This document shows positions 1 through 8,498 of a stretch of DNA of 31,251 bases, one piece after another. The stretch lies in the IMG/VR virus record IMGVR_UViG_3300020043_006387, positions 1 to 31,251 of that record; one strand, 5' to 3'. Source of the DNA: a virus. Lineage: Duplodnaviria; Caudoviricetes. Position 1 is the first letter of the stretch. Every line of letters starts with the position of its first letter. The position numbers were made by a program, and so were the translations under genes. Below the pieces are notes generated by a model. It had not been told where the DNA came from. It made no database searches and saw only the letters and a list, made by a program, of their open reading frames with translations.

Positions 1-163
1 TGAGGCGTAGTTCATCATCTTCCTTCCAGTTGCGGCGAATGGACAGAATGTCATTTGTACCCTTAATGATTGTGACAACGTACGGCAACATGATGTCGGT
101 CTCGACTTCTTCGCCATCGTCGTCCTCCGTCATGTCCTCGTAACCTTCAAGGTTCAAGTCAAC
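1..163 (-). repeat. Inverted copy of portal-gene segment 2443-2605 (probable chimera)
   Basis: Bases 1-163 are the reverse complement of 2443-2605 with one mismatch (position 96 vs 2510). Identity breaks at 164, exactly where the terminase ORF begins. Confidence 0.95.
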
Positions 164-1552
164 ATGCTGGGCTTTGCCCAAGCGGTCTATCCCGGGTTTA
201 AGATTGGGCCGCACCACCGCAAACTTGCCAAAATCTTCACGGACGTCGTGGAGGGCAAGAAAAAACGGGTCATCATCAACATCGCGCCACGTATGGGCAA
301 GTCGGAATTCTCTTCATATCTATTCCCAGCCTATTTCCTCGGCAAGTATCCCAATAAAAAAATCATCATGGGCACGCACACTGCGGGTCTGTCTGAGGAC
401 TTCGGTCGGCGCGTGCGAAATTTGATTGACTCGGAGGAATATCGTGAAGTTTTCCCCCAAACTTTGGTGGCAGACGACCAAAAAGCTGCTGGTAAATGGT
501 CTACAAGCGCTGGGGGTCAGTATTATGCTGCTGGTGTCGGCGGCGCTCTTGCTGGTCGTGGTGCTGACCTTTTCGTTATTGATGATCCTCACTCGGAGCA
601 AGACGTTAAGTCGAATAGTCGACTGGCTTTTGATACCGCATGGTCGTGGTTCCAGACCGGACCGCTACAACGTCTGATGCCGGGCGGTGCGATCATTGTG
701 ATTATGACCAGATGGTCGCTGCTTGACCTGACTGGGCGCTTGGTTGAGTACCAAGCGAGGAATCCAGAAGCGGTTCCGTGGGAGATTGTGGAGTTGCCCG
801 CCATACTGCACGAAGATACGGAGCAGGAGAAGTCGCTTTGGCCCGAACAGTGGCCGCTTACCGCATTGAAAGCTACAAAAGCGTCGCTTGACCCTCGGTA
901 TTGGAACGCGCAGTACATGCAGCAGCCAACATCCGAGAACAGCGCCATCGTGAGCCGTAAGATGTGGCGGATCTGGGAAGGTGACGAGCCGCCAACGTGC
1001 GAATACATCATCCAGTCATGGGACACAGCCTTTGAGACTAAGAACAACTCCGACTACAGCGCCTGCACGACGTGGGGTATCTTCTACAACGAGGAAGAAA
1101 ACGACACGCCCCAGCTTATCCTTCTGGATGCGTTTAAGGATCGCATGGCTTTTCCTGAACTTAAAACTGTTGCGCTTAAGCACTACAAAGAGTGGGAGCC
1201 TGATGCTTTTATTGTTGAGAAGAAAGCGGCGGGTGCGCCGCTGATTCAGGAACTGCGCAACATGGGCATACCGGTGCAGGAGTTCAGCCCATCAAGGGGC
1301 AACGACAAGATGGTGCGTGTCAATGCAGTTGCAGATTTGTTCAGCAGTGGTAAAGTCTGGGCACCGGACACCCGCTGGGCACGCGAGGTAATTGAAGAGA
1401 TGGCGGCTTTCCCTGTGGGCGAGCACGACGACTTCGTGGATACGACAACACAGGCGCTGCTGCGCTTCAGGCAAGGCGGCTTTATTTCTTTAGATACGGA
1501 CGAGCAAGACGAACCCCAATTCTTCCGCCGTAAGAAGTACGAATACTACTAG
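164..1552 (+). CDS. terL: Terminase large subunit (probably 5'-truncated)
   Basis: Walker A-like IINIAPRMGKS, Walker B LFVIDDP, coupling motif IMTRW, and RNase H-like nuclease acidic motifs QSWDTA, VEKKA and HDDFVD. It lies directly upstream of the portal gene. The upstream sequence is the chimeric inversion, so the true start is uncertain. Confidence 0.95.
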   Translation: MLGFAQAVYPGFKIGPHHRKLAKIFTDVVEGKKKRVIINIAPRMGKSEFSSYLFPAYFLGKYPNKKIIMGTHTAGLSEDFGRRVRNLIDSEEYREVFPQTLVADDQKAAGKWSTSAGGQYYAAGVGGALAGRGADLFVIDDPHSEQDVKSNSRLAFDTAWSWFQTGPLQRLMPGGAIIVIMTRWSLLDLTGRLVEYQARNPEAVPWEIVELPAILHEDTEQEKSLWPEQWPLTALKATKASLDPRYWNAQYMQQPTSENSAIVSRKMWRIWEGDEPPTCEYIIQSWDTAFETKNNSDYSACTTWGIFYNEEENDTPQLILLDAFKDRMAFPELKTVALKHYKEWEPDAFIVEKKAAGAPLIQELRNMGIPVQEFSPSRGNDKMVRVNAVADLFSSGKVWAPDTRWAREVIEEMAAFPVGEHDDFVDTTTQALLRFRQGGFISLDTDEQDEPQFFRRKKYEYY

Positions 1553-1560
1553 GAACACAC

Positions 1561-4068
1561 ATGGCAACGAACATCGACAAAGCGCTTTTCCAACAACCAA
1601 AAGGGCTTGAAGAACTGGCGCAAGACGAATCACCCATCGAGATTGAGATCGTTGACCCTGAAGAAGTCACGATTGGTATGGACGGTCTGGAGATTGAGAT
1701 TGGCAAAGGGGCTTCTGATGAAGAAGGCTTCAGTGACAACTTGGCCGAGTACATAGACGATGGTGCCTTGCAGTCACTTGCTGGCGACTTGGTGTCTGAC
1801 ATTGACAATGACAAGGGATCGCGCAAAGAGTGGGAGAAGACGTATGTCGACGGTCTGAAGCTGCTCGGCTTGCAGATTGAGGAGCGCACGGAGCCGTGGC
1901 AAGGCGCTTGCGGTGTGTTCCACCCGATGATTACAGAAGCCGTTGTGCGCTTCCAAGCTGAGACGATCACCGAGACGTTCCCAGCCCAAGGGCCAGTGCG
2001 CAGCAAACTGATCGGCAAAGAAACGCCTGAGTTGAAAGAGATTGCTGCCAACGTCGAGGAAGACATGAACTTCGAGTTGACGGAGAACATGGTCGAGTAC
2101 CGGGCTGAGCACGAGCGCATGCTCTGGTCACTACCTGCTACTGGTTCAGCTTTCAAGAAAGTGTACTACGACCCCGGTCTAGGTCGTCAAGTCTCGATGT
2201 TCATCCCTGCGGAAGACATGTTGCTGCCATACGGCGCGACAGACATGGACACTTGCCACCGCATCACGCACGTCATGCGTAAGACGAAGAACGAGATTGT
2301 TAAGCTTCAGCAAGCTGGGTTCTATCTGGACATCGACTTGCCCGATGCCCCCAAAGACCGCACTGACATTCAGAAAGCCAAGGACAAAGAGACAGGTTTC
2401 AATGACCTGAACGACGACCGCTACACTTTGTATGAGTGCCACGTTGACTTGAACCTTGAAGGTTACGAGGACATGACGGAGGACGACGATGGCGAAGAAG
2501 TCGAGACCGGCATCATGTTGCCGTACGTTGTCACAATCATTAAGGGTACAAATGACATTCTGTCCATTCGCCGCAACTGGAAGGAAGATGATGAACTACG
2601 CCTCAAGCGACAGCACTTTGTACACTACCAGTACATCCCCGGATTTGGAGCTTATGGTTTTGGACTCTTCCACCTCATCGGCGGTTTTGCCAAGTCAGCC
2701 ACTAGCCTTATGCGTCAACTGGTTGACGCAGGAACGTTATCTAATCTTCCCGGCGGCCTCAAGTCCAGAGGGCTTCGGATTAAAGGTGATGACACACCGA
2801 TTGCCCCGGGAGAATGGCGAGACGTCGACGTAGCGTCTGGCAACATACGTGACAGCATCCTGCCGCTGCCCTACAAGGAGCCAAGCGCTACGCTGTTTAA
2901 CCTGATGCAGACCATCGTTGACGAAGGTCGTCGTTTTGCCGCAACAGCAGACATGAAGGTGTCTGACATGTCTGCGCAGGCCCCCGTAGGTACGACGCTG
3001 GCTCTCTTGGAGCGTCAGCTCAAGGTGATGACGGCTGTTCAGGCGCGTGTGCACTTCGCCTTGAAGCAAGAGTTGAAGCTGCTCAAGGACATCATCCGCG
3101 ACTATACAGACCCTGACTACACATACGATCCAGAGTACGGCAATCGTAAAGCCAAGAAAGCTGACTACGACAAGGTTGACATCATCCCTGTGTCCGACCC
3201 CAACGCAGCCACCATGAGCCAGCGAGTGATCCAGTACCAAGCTGTGATCCAGATGGCGCAGATGGCTCCCGATATTTACAACTTGCCAGAGTTGCACCGT
3301 GGCATGCTCAACGTGTTGGGCATTAAGAACGCGGAGAAACTGGTGCCCATTGAGGACGATATGAAACCTATCGACCCAGTGCAAGAAAATCAAAACGCAT
3401 TGACTGGCAAGCCCATGAAAGCGTTTATCCATCAGGATCACACAGCGCACATTCAAGTGCACATGATGTTGTTGCAAGACCCGATGATCCAACAGTTTAT
3501 TGGGCAAAACCCACAGGCTCCCAAGATCATGGGCGCAATCACAGCGCACATTGCAGAGCACGTTGGCTATCAGATGCGTCAGAAAATTGAGCAGCAGTTG
3601 GGTATGCCATTGCCTCCCGAAGATACAAAGCTGCCTCCCGAGATCGAGATTGCTTTGTCCGGCATGATGGCGCAGGCTGCACAACAAGTGCTTCAGCAAG
3701 ATCAGGCACAAGCCGCTCAGATGCAGGCGCAGCAGCAAGCCCAAGATCCTGTCATCCAGATGCAACAGCAAGAGTTGCAGATCAAAGCACAGGAAGTCCA
3801 ACTTAAAGCGCAAAAGCTGGCTACCGATGCCGCCGCTGCCGCAGACAAGTTGGAGCTGGAGAAAGAAAAAGTCAAAGGTCAATTGGAGTTGGAGTCCCTG
3901 CGCGTTGGTGCACAGATCAACGAGAGCAAAGCTAAAGCCCAGTTTGAACAAGAACGTGCCGGTGTCCAGATGGGCGCTGACATCGCAAAGAGTAAAGCTC
4001 AGATGGCTCTACAAGCGCGAACTGCCGCGCTTCAAAACGGCAGGAACCAAGGCAAACCTTCTAAATGA
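1561..4068 (+). CDS. Portal protein (P22-like, long Gln-rich C-terminal coiled coil/barrel)
   Basis: 835 aa directly after terL with RBS AGGA. Has GSAFKKVYYD and YGFGLFHLIGG motifs, an acidic N-terminus, and a Q/A-rich helical C-terminus. Confidence 0.88.
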   Translation: MATNIDKALFQQPKGLEELAQDESPIEIEIVDPEEVTIGMDGLEIEIGKGASDEEGFSDNLAEYIDDGALQSLAGDLVSDIDNDKGSRKEWEKTYVDGLKLLGLQIEERTEPWQGACGVFHPMITEAVVRFQAETITETFPAQGPVRSKLIGKETPELKEIAANVEEDMNFELTENMVEYRAEHERMLWSLPATGSAFKKVYYDPGLGRQVSMFIPAEDMLLPYGATDMDTCHRITHVMRKTKNEIVKLQQAGFYLDIDLPDAPKDRTDIQKAKDKETGFNDLNDDRYTLYECHVDLNLEGYEDMTEDDDGEEVETGIMLPYVVTIIKGTNDILSIRRNWKEDDELRLKRQHFVHYQYIPGFGAYGFGLFHLIGGFAKSATSLMRQLVDAGTLSNLPGGLKSRGLRIKGDDTPIAPGEWRDVDVASGNIRDSILPLPYKEPSATLFNLMQTIVDEGRRFAATADMKVSDMSAQAPVGTTLALLERQLKVMTAVQARVHFALKQELKLLKDIIRDYTDPDYTYDPEYGNRKAKKADYDKVDIIPVSDPNAATMSQRVIQYQAVIQMAQMAPDIYNLPELHRGMLNVLGIKNAEKLVPIEDDMKPIDPVQENQNALTGKPMKAFIHQDHTAHIQVHMMLLQDPMIQQFIGQNPQAPKIMGAITAHIAEHVGYQMRQKIEQQLGMPLPPEDTKLPPEIEIALSGMMAQAAQQVLQQDQAQAAQMQAQQQAQDPVIQMQQQELQIKAQEVQLKAQKLATDAAAAADKLELEKEKVKGQLELESLRVGAQINESKAKAQFEQERAGVQMGADIAKSKAQMALQARTAALQNGRNQGKPSK

Positions 4069-4259
4069 TTCAAGACTTCGCACACGTATTGCGCGACCAA
4101 ATACGTAAAGACATGAACAACTATGCCGACGACTTGGCTGGGGGTATCTGTCGTTCCTTTGAGGAATACCAAAAACTCTGCGGTGTTATTTCGGGTCTGG
4201 CTCTCGCAGAGCGTTACATACTTGACCTGCTTGAGAAAGTCGAAAAATCAAATGAGTGA
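4065..4259 (+). CDS. Small helical hypothetical protein following the portal gene
   Basis: 64 aa; ATGA overlap with the portal stop; amphipathic EEYQKLCGVISGL segment. Confidence 0.75.
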   Translation: MIQDFAHVLRDQIRKDMNNYADDLAGGICRSFEEYQKLCGVISGLALAERYILDLLEKVEKSNE

Positions 4260-4686
4260 AATCATTTTGCCTCCCGGTATTTCGTTGCCGCCCCATATTC
4301 AGCCACTGGACAAACCGGAAGCTGAAGATGACAACGAAACAAAAGCAGGTGCGCTGCCTACCCCAACAGGTTGGAAGTTGCTCTGTGTCGTGCCTGAAGT
4401 CGATACAAAGATTGCAGGTACATCACTGGATCTCGTAAGAGATACCGCCACACTGCGTCAAGAAGAACACGCCACCACGGTGTTGTTTGTATTGCGCGTA
4501 GGCCCCGATGCGTACAAAGACACCGCCAAGTTCCCCAACGGAGCATGGTGTAAAGAAGGCGACTTCGTGCTTGTCCGCACATACTCCGGCACAAGATTCA
4601 AGATCTTTGGCAAGGAGTTCCGTCTCATCAACGATGACCAAGTTGATGCTGTTGTGCTAGACCCTCGCGGCCTGACCCGCGCTTGA
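4252..4686 (+). CDS. groES: Phage co-chaperonin GroES (Cpn10)-like protein
   Basis: Contains LPTPTGWKLL, VLRVGPD, KEGDFVLV..YSGT and EFRLINDDQVDAVV, matching the Cpn10 pattern. The ATG at 4252 (144 aa) is preferred over the 4123 start because it overlaps only the end of the upstream gene. Confidence 0.85.
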   Translation: MSEIILPPGISLPPHIQPLDKPEAEDDNETKAGALPTPTGWKLLCVVPEVDTKIAGTSLDLVRDTATLRQEEHATTVLFVLRVGPDAYKDTAKFPNGAWCKEGDFVLVRTYSGTRFKIFGKEFRLINDDQVDAVVLDPRGLTRA

Positions 4687-4696
4687 AAGGAAGAAC

Positions 4697-5653
4697 ATGG
4701 CTATAAAAGATGAGTTCAAGTTTCCCGACGAAATAGAGGACAAGAACCCCACTGAAATTGAGATTGAGATTGACGATGGTGGCGAAGTCTCCATCGAAGT
4801 AGAGGACGATACACCCCCTCAGGACAGAGGCCGCAAGCCTTTGGACAAGGAGGTTGCCGACCCCACTGACGATGAAATTGAGTCTTATTCTGACAAAGTC
4901 AAATCACGCATCAAAGAGTTGACTCACGCCCGTCATGACGAGCGCCGTGTCAAAGAAGCAACAATGCGTGAAAAACAAGAGCTGGAGCGTCTAGCACAGC
5001 AGTTGATTGAGGAGAACAAACGCCTCAAGCAAAACGTTTACACAGGACAAGAAGCCATCATTGAAGGTGCGAAGTCAAAAGCCGAGGCAGAACTTGCCAT
5101 GGCCCGTCGCAAACTCAAGGAAGCACAAGAGTCCTACGACACTGACGCAATCATTGCCGCTCAAGAAGAGGTGATGGACGCGAAGATTAAAGTCGAACAA
5201 ACAAAAAATTATCGTCCTGCCCCTTTACAGGAAGAAAAATTTGAGGTACAAACGCCTCAAGCCCAACCTTCACGGGTTGAGCCCGACGAAAAAACTCTGC
5301 GCTGGCAGGCAAAAAACCAGTGGTTCGGGCAACAAGGGTTTGAGGAATACACCAGCTACGCACTAGGGCTGCATCAAAAGCTAGTCACAAACGGAGTGGA
5401 TCCCCGCTCTGCTGAATACTTCGAGCAAATTGATGCTCGCATGAAGTCAACGTTCCCTGATCTGTTTGGTCGGAGCGAAGACAAGCCAAGGTCTGGTGAG
5501 GTTCAAAAGAAGCCTACGACAGTGGTTGCCTCTGTCTCGCGTTCTACGAGCGCCGGAAAAATTAAGCTGACTACTACGCAAGTTGCGTTGGCTAAAAAAT
5601 TAGGTTTAACCCCGCAGCAATACGCTGCACAAGTAGCAAAACTGGAGAACTGA
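4697..5653 (+). CDS. Capsid scaffolding protein (putative)
   Basis: 318 aa with acidic N-terminus, long coiled coil and C-terminal helix-turn-helix (VALAKKLGLTPQQYA); located between portal and capsid genes; RBS AAGGA. Confidence 0.7.
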   Translation: MAIKDEFKFPDEIEDKNPTEIEIEIDDGGEVSIEVEDDTPPQDRGRKPLDKEVADPTDDEIESYSDKVKSRIKELTHARHDERRVKEATMREKQELERLAQQLIEENKRLKQNVYTGQEAIIEGAKSKAEAELAMARRKLKEAQESYDTDAIIAAQEEVMDAKIKVEQTKNYRPAPLQEEKFEVQTPQAQPSRVEPDEKTLRWQAKNQWFGQQGFEEYTSYALGLHQKLVTNGVDPRSAEYFEQIDARMKSTFPDLFGRSEDKPRSGEVQKKPTTVVASVSRSTSAGKIKLTTTQVALAKKLGLTPQQYAAQVAKLEN

Positions 5654-5654
5654 A

Positions 5655-6110
5655 ATGGCTGAAACAATTGACCGAAAAAATCGTGATCTAACGACACGCG
5701 AAAAAACTGCTCGTGCTGTATACGTACCGCCGACAAATTTGCCTGATCCAACGCCTGAACCGGGCTATGTGTATCGCTGGGTAGCGACTCACGTTCTGGG
5801 ACAAGCGGAAGTGACCAACGTGTCGCGCAAAATGCGTGAAGGTTGGACGCCGGTGAAGGCAGAAGACCATCCAGAATTGATGCTGATGGGGAACGAAAAG
5901 AACGGGAACGTGGAAATTGGTGGCCTCATGCTCTGCAAGATGCTCGCCGAAAAAGCGCAAGCCCGTGATGATTACTACAACCAGCAAGCTCAAAACCAGA
6001 TGGACTCAGTTGACAACAACTTCATGCGACAAAACGATCCACGTATGCCGCTGTTTGCCGAACGCAAGTCGACAACAACGCGTGGTGGGTTTGGTTCTGG
6101 TTCTAAATAA
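5655..6110 (+). CDS. Hypothetical head-module protein
   Basis: 151 aa, tightly packed in the operon; motifs PEPGYVYRWV, REGWTPV and IGGLMLCKM. Confidence 0.75.
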   Translation: MAETIDRKNRDLTTREKTARAVYVPPTNLPDPTPEPGYVYRWVATHVLGQAEVTNVSRKMREGWTPVKAEDHPELMLMGNEKNGNVEIGGLMLCKMLAEKAQARDDYYNQQAQNQMDSVDNNFMRQNDPRMPLFAERKSTTTRGGFGSGSK

Positions 6111-6126
6111 ACTTAGGAGTCCTTAA

Positions 6127-6747
6127 ATGGCATCTACCGCTTCTCCCTACGGCTTCCGTGCCGTAAACGAGTTGGGCGGCCTACCATATGCTGGTAGCAC
6201 CCGTTCATTCTTGATCGACCCAGCGGGTTACAACACGAACATCTTCAATGGTTCGATCGTTGCAATCAATACGTCTGGTTACATTAACATCGTCACCACA
6301 AACGGCGATAACAGCACACCATTCCCAGCAGGCACAATCGGCGTTTTCGTCGGCTGCTCCTTTGTGAATGCCCAAGGTCAAACAATGTACTCGCAGTACT
6401 ACCCTGCCAACACAGCTTCTGTGAACGGCTCGCCCATTACTGCTTACGTCATTGATGACGACCGCGCTGTGTTCCAAGTGCAAGCTGCCGGCTCAATGGC
6501 ACAAACCACTTTGGGCATGAACGTGTTCTTGAACGCTGTTCAGAGCACTTCTACAGGCTCAACAACCACTGGCAACTCCAATACGGCTGTTAGCACTTCT
6601 GCTGCTGCCACATCTGGCTATGCCTTCCGCGTTGTCGGTTTTGCTGACGTTCCCGGATTCTCAACTGTGGGCGACGCCTACACTGACATCTTGGTCAAGT
6701 TCAATCCCGGCGCACATTCATACAGCAACGCCACCGGCGTAGCATAA
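6127..6747 (+). CDS. Putative capsid decoration/cement protein
   Basis: 206 aa, beta-rich with high S/T/G/A content, strong RBS AGGAG, immediately upstream of the major capsid gene. Confidence 0.6.
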   Translation: MASTASPYGFRAVNELGGLPYAGSTRSFLIDPAGYNTNIFNGSIVAINTSGYINIVTTNGDNSTPFPAGTIGVFVGCSFVNAQGQTMYSQYYPANTASVNGSPITAYVIDDDRAVFQVQAAGSMAQTTLGMNVFLNAVQSTSTGSTTTGNSNTAVSTSAAATSGYAFRVVGFADVPGFSTVGDAYTDILVKFNPGAHSYSNATGVA

Positions 6748-6760
6748 GGAGTAACTAACC

Positions 6761-7690
6761 ATGGCAATTTCACGCGCACAACTACTTAAAGAGTTGCTCC
6801 CCGGCCTGAACGCTTTGTTCGGTATGGAATACGCTCGCTACGGCGAAGAGCACAAAGAAATCTACGAAACAGAGAAATCTGAGCGTAGCTTCGAAGAAGA
6901 AACAAAGCTGGCTGGCTTTGGTTCTGCTCCAGTCAAGAACGAGGGCCAAGCCATTGCTTATGACAATGCGCAGGAAGCCTTCACAGCACGTTACAACCAC
7001 GAGACTATCGCTCTTGGCTTCTCCATCACTGAAGAAGCTGTGGAAGATAACTTGTACGACAGCTTGTCTGCTCGTTACACGAAGTCTTTGGCCCGTGCTA
7101 TGGCTTACACCAAGCAAGTTAAAGCCGCTTCCGTTATCAACAACGGTTTCAACGGTTCATACTTGGGTGGTGACGGCGTTACTTTGTTCGGTAACAACAG
7201 TTCCAGCACTCGCGTTGGTCACCCACTCGTTAACGGTGGTGTGAACTACAACAGCCCAACAACTGGTGTTGACTTGAACGAAACCTCTTTGGAAAACGCT
7301 GTGATTCAAATCGCTGCGTGGACCGATGAGCGCGGTCTGTTGATCGCCGCCAAGCCACGTAAGATGGTTATCCCTCCAGCACTGATGTTCGTTGCTAAGC
7401 GTTTGCTTGACACCGAATTGCGTGTACAAACTGCTGACAACGATATCAACGCGTTGAAGCAGATGGGTGCTATTCCTGAAGGTTACACTGTTAACCACTT
7501 CTTGACCGACAGCAACGGCTGGTATTTGATTACCGACGTGCCAAACGGCATGAAGCACTTCGAGCGTATCGCCTTGCAGAACAGCATGGACGGTGACTTC
7601 GATACAGGTAACGTTCGTTACAAAGCCCGTGAGCGTTATAGCTTCGGCTGGTCTGATCCTCTCGGCATGTGGGGTTCAGCAGGCGCTTAA
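6761..7690 (+). CDS. Major capsid protein (HK97 fold, Mu gpT-like family)
   Basis: 309 aa with strong RBS TAAGGAG. Motifs PVKNEG, ALGFSITEEAVEDNLY, PRKMVIPPAL, VNHFLTD..W and YKARERYSFGWSD. Codon usage is biased as in a highly expressed gene, and a terminator follows. Confidence 0.9.
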   Translation: MAISRAQLLKELLPGLNALFGMEYARYGEEHKEIYETEKSERSFEEETKLAGFGSAPVKNEGQAIAYDNAQEAFTARYNHETIALGFSITEEAVEDNLYDSLSARYTKSLARAMAYTKQVKAASVINNGFNGSYLGGDGVTLFGNNSSSTRVGHPLVNGGVNYNSPTTGVDLNETSLENAVIQIAAWTDERGLLIAAKPRKMVIPPALMFVAKRLLDTELRVQTADNDINALKQMGAIPEGYTVNHFLTDSNGWYLITDVPNGMKHFERIALQNSMDGDFDTGNVRYKARERYSFGWSDPLGMWGSAGA

Positions 7691-7702
7691 TGCGTAAGGC
7701 AT

Positions 7703-7770
7703 TGGCGGTGTGGTGAGTACACACAGATCGACAAGACTAGGATGCTGGGTTTGAATCCCAGACAACGCCA
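7703..7770 (+). ncRNA. Degenerate tRNA-like element
   Basis: Acceptor-like pairing TGGCGGTG (7703-7710) with CAACGCCA (7763-7770), one mismatch. T-arm CTGGG-TTTGAAT-CCCAG (7745-7761). Mini D-arm GTG-AGTA-CAC. The anticodon arm pairs poorly. Confidence 0.45.
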
Positions 7771-7772
7771 CT

Positions 7773-7803
7773 AAAGGGCCCCTAAAAAGGGCCCTTTTTA
7801 TTT
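7773..7803 (+). terminator. Rho-independent terminator after the major capsid gene
   Basis: Stem AAAGGGCCC (7773-7781) / GGGCCCTTT (7789-7797) running into TTTTTATTT. Confidence 0.85.
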
Positions 7804-7804
7804 G

Positions 7805-7833
7805 TTGCATGTGTTTTTTATTTGGTGTATATT
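7805..7833 (+). promoter_or_regulatory. Sigma70-like promoter
   Basis: TTGCAT (7805-7810), 17-bp AT-rich spacer, TATATT (7828-7833). It sits directly after the terminator and about 8 nt before the structured leader. Confidence 0.65.
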
Positions 7834-7842
7834 GCACTTAAT

Positions 7843-7915
7843 CCGGGCTTTCCGGTGCATTGAACAGTCCCGGCTGACGACATACCGATCAATGCACTTA
7901 ACTTGTATGTAAGGA
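7843..7915 (+). ncRNA. Structured, pseudoknotted 5' leader RNA (candidate Mu-gpT-DE-type motif)
   Basis: Perfect 9-bp stem GTGCATTGA (7855-7863) / TCAATGCAC (7889-7897) and inner hairpin CAG-TCCCGG-CTG. CCGGG (7843-7847) is complementary to loop CCCGG (7869-7873). ACATAC (7880-7885) is complementary to GTATGT (7905-7910), which abuts RBS AAGGA. Located downstream of a Mu gpT-like capsid gene. Confidence 0.65.
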
Positions 7916-7921
7916 AAAATC

Positions 7922-8455
7922 ATGGCAAACACCACGTTTAACGGCCCAGTCCGTTCCGAAAACGGCTTTCAAGACATTTCTATCAACGCCACTACTGGTG
8001 CGGTTACAGTTGACGCTACATTTGGCGCTGCTACTAGCGTGACTACTTTGGCCGCTACAACAGTAACAGCTACAAACTTGGTCTTCACCGATCAGAACCA
8101 CCCCTCAACAGCAGCGATTAACGCTACTGGCACAGCCACTGCTGCACAAGTTGCCACCGGCTACATCACTTCTACTTCTGCATCTCCCACAACCATCACA
8201 CTGCCTACAGGTACGTTGTTGGGCGCGCAAATTGGCGCTACTCGCGGTACCGTGTTGGACTTGTACATTGACAACACCGCTGGCGCAAGCACAGTGACAA
8301 TAGCTGTTGCAACCAACGGTATCCTGTCTAGCGCCGCTGCTGATACAGCAGGCAGTTTTGGTGATCTGACAATTGCTGCTGGCGCAACCGGTATTGGCCG
8401 CTTCACCATCATGTTCTCTAGCGCAACAGCGTACGTGTTTACCCGTACTGCCTAA
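7922..8455 (+). CDS. Putative virion structural protein (Thr/Ala-rich, possible capsid appendage)
   Basis: 177 aa with RBS AAGGA; N-terminus MANTTFNGPVRSENGF; beta-rich C-terminal domain; forms its own promoter-to-terminator unit. Confidence 0.7.
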   Translation: MANTTFNGPVRSENGFQDISINATTGAVTVDATFGAATSVTTLAATTVTATNLVFTDQNHPSTAAINATGTATAAQVATGYITSTSASPTTITLPTGTLLGAQIGATRGTVLDLYIDNTAGASTVTIAVATNGILSSAAADTAGSFGDLTIAAGATGIGRFTIMFSSATAYVFTRTA

Positions 8456-8464
8456 TCAACCCAA

Positions 8465-8484
8465 GGGGCTTCGGCCCCGTTTTT
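8465..8484 (+). terminator. Rho-independent terminator with cUUCGg tetraloop
   Basis: GGGGC-TTCG-GCCCC followed by GTTTTT, 10 nt after the 8455 stop. Confidence 0.75.
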
Positions 8485-8498
8485 AAAGGAGATTGATT

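Noticed and set aside
1-2605. Inverted repeat as an invertible segment or terminal repeat
   Set aside because: The copy is mid-gene portal sequence at the contig edge with no recombinase or site-like ends; a chimera is the simpler explanation.
2737-3951. 404-aa minus-strand ORF and the other long antisense ORFs (e.g. 1482-2156, 14735-15658, 21420-22157)
   Set aside because: They are shadows of well-supported + strand genes with biased or repetitive codons, and have no RBS or recognisable motifs.
4123-4251. Longer 187-aa start for GroES
   Set aside because: It overlaps most of the 64-aa upstream gene; ATG 4252 fits operon packing better.
7703-7770. Functional canonical tRNA (e.g. Val-GAC)
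   Set aside because: The anticodon stem is largely unpaired, U33 and the D-loop GG are absent, and there is an extra base after the T-arm; kept only as tRNA-like.
7843-7910. HDV-like/theta ribozyme downstream of the tRNA-like element
   Set aside because: The 5' strand pairs into the hairpin loop rather than 3' of it, so the P1/P1.1/P4 order does not match. A terminator and promoter also separate it from the tRNA-like element.
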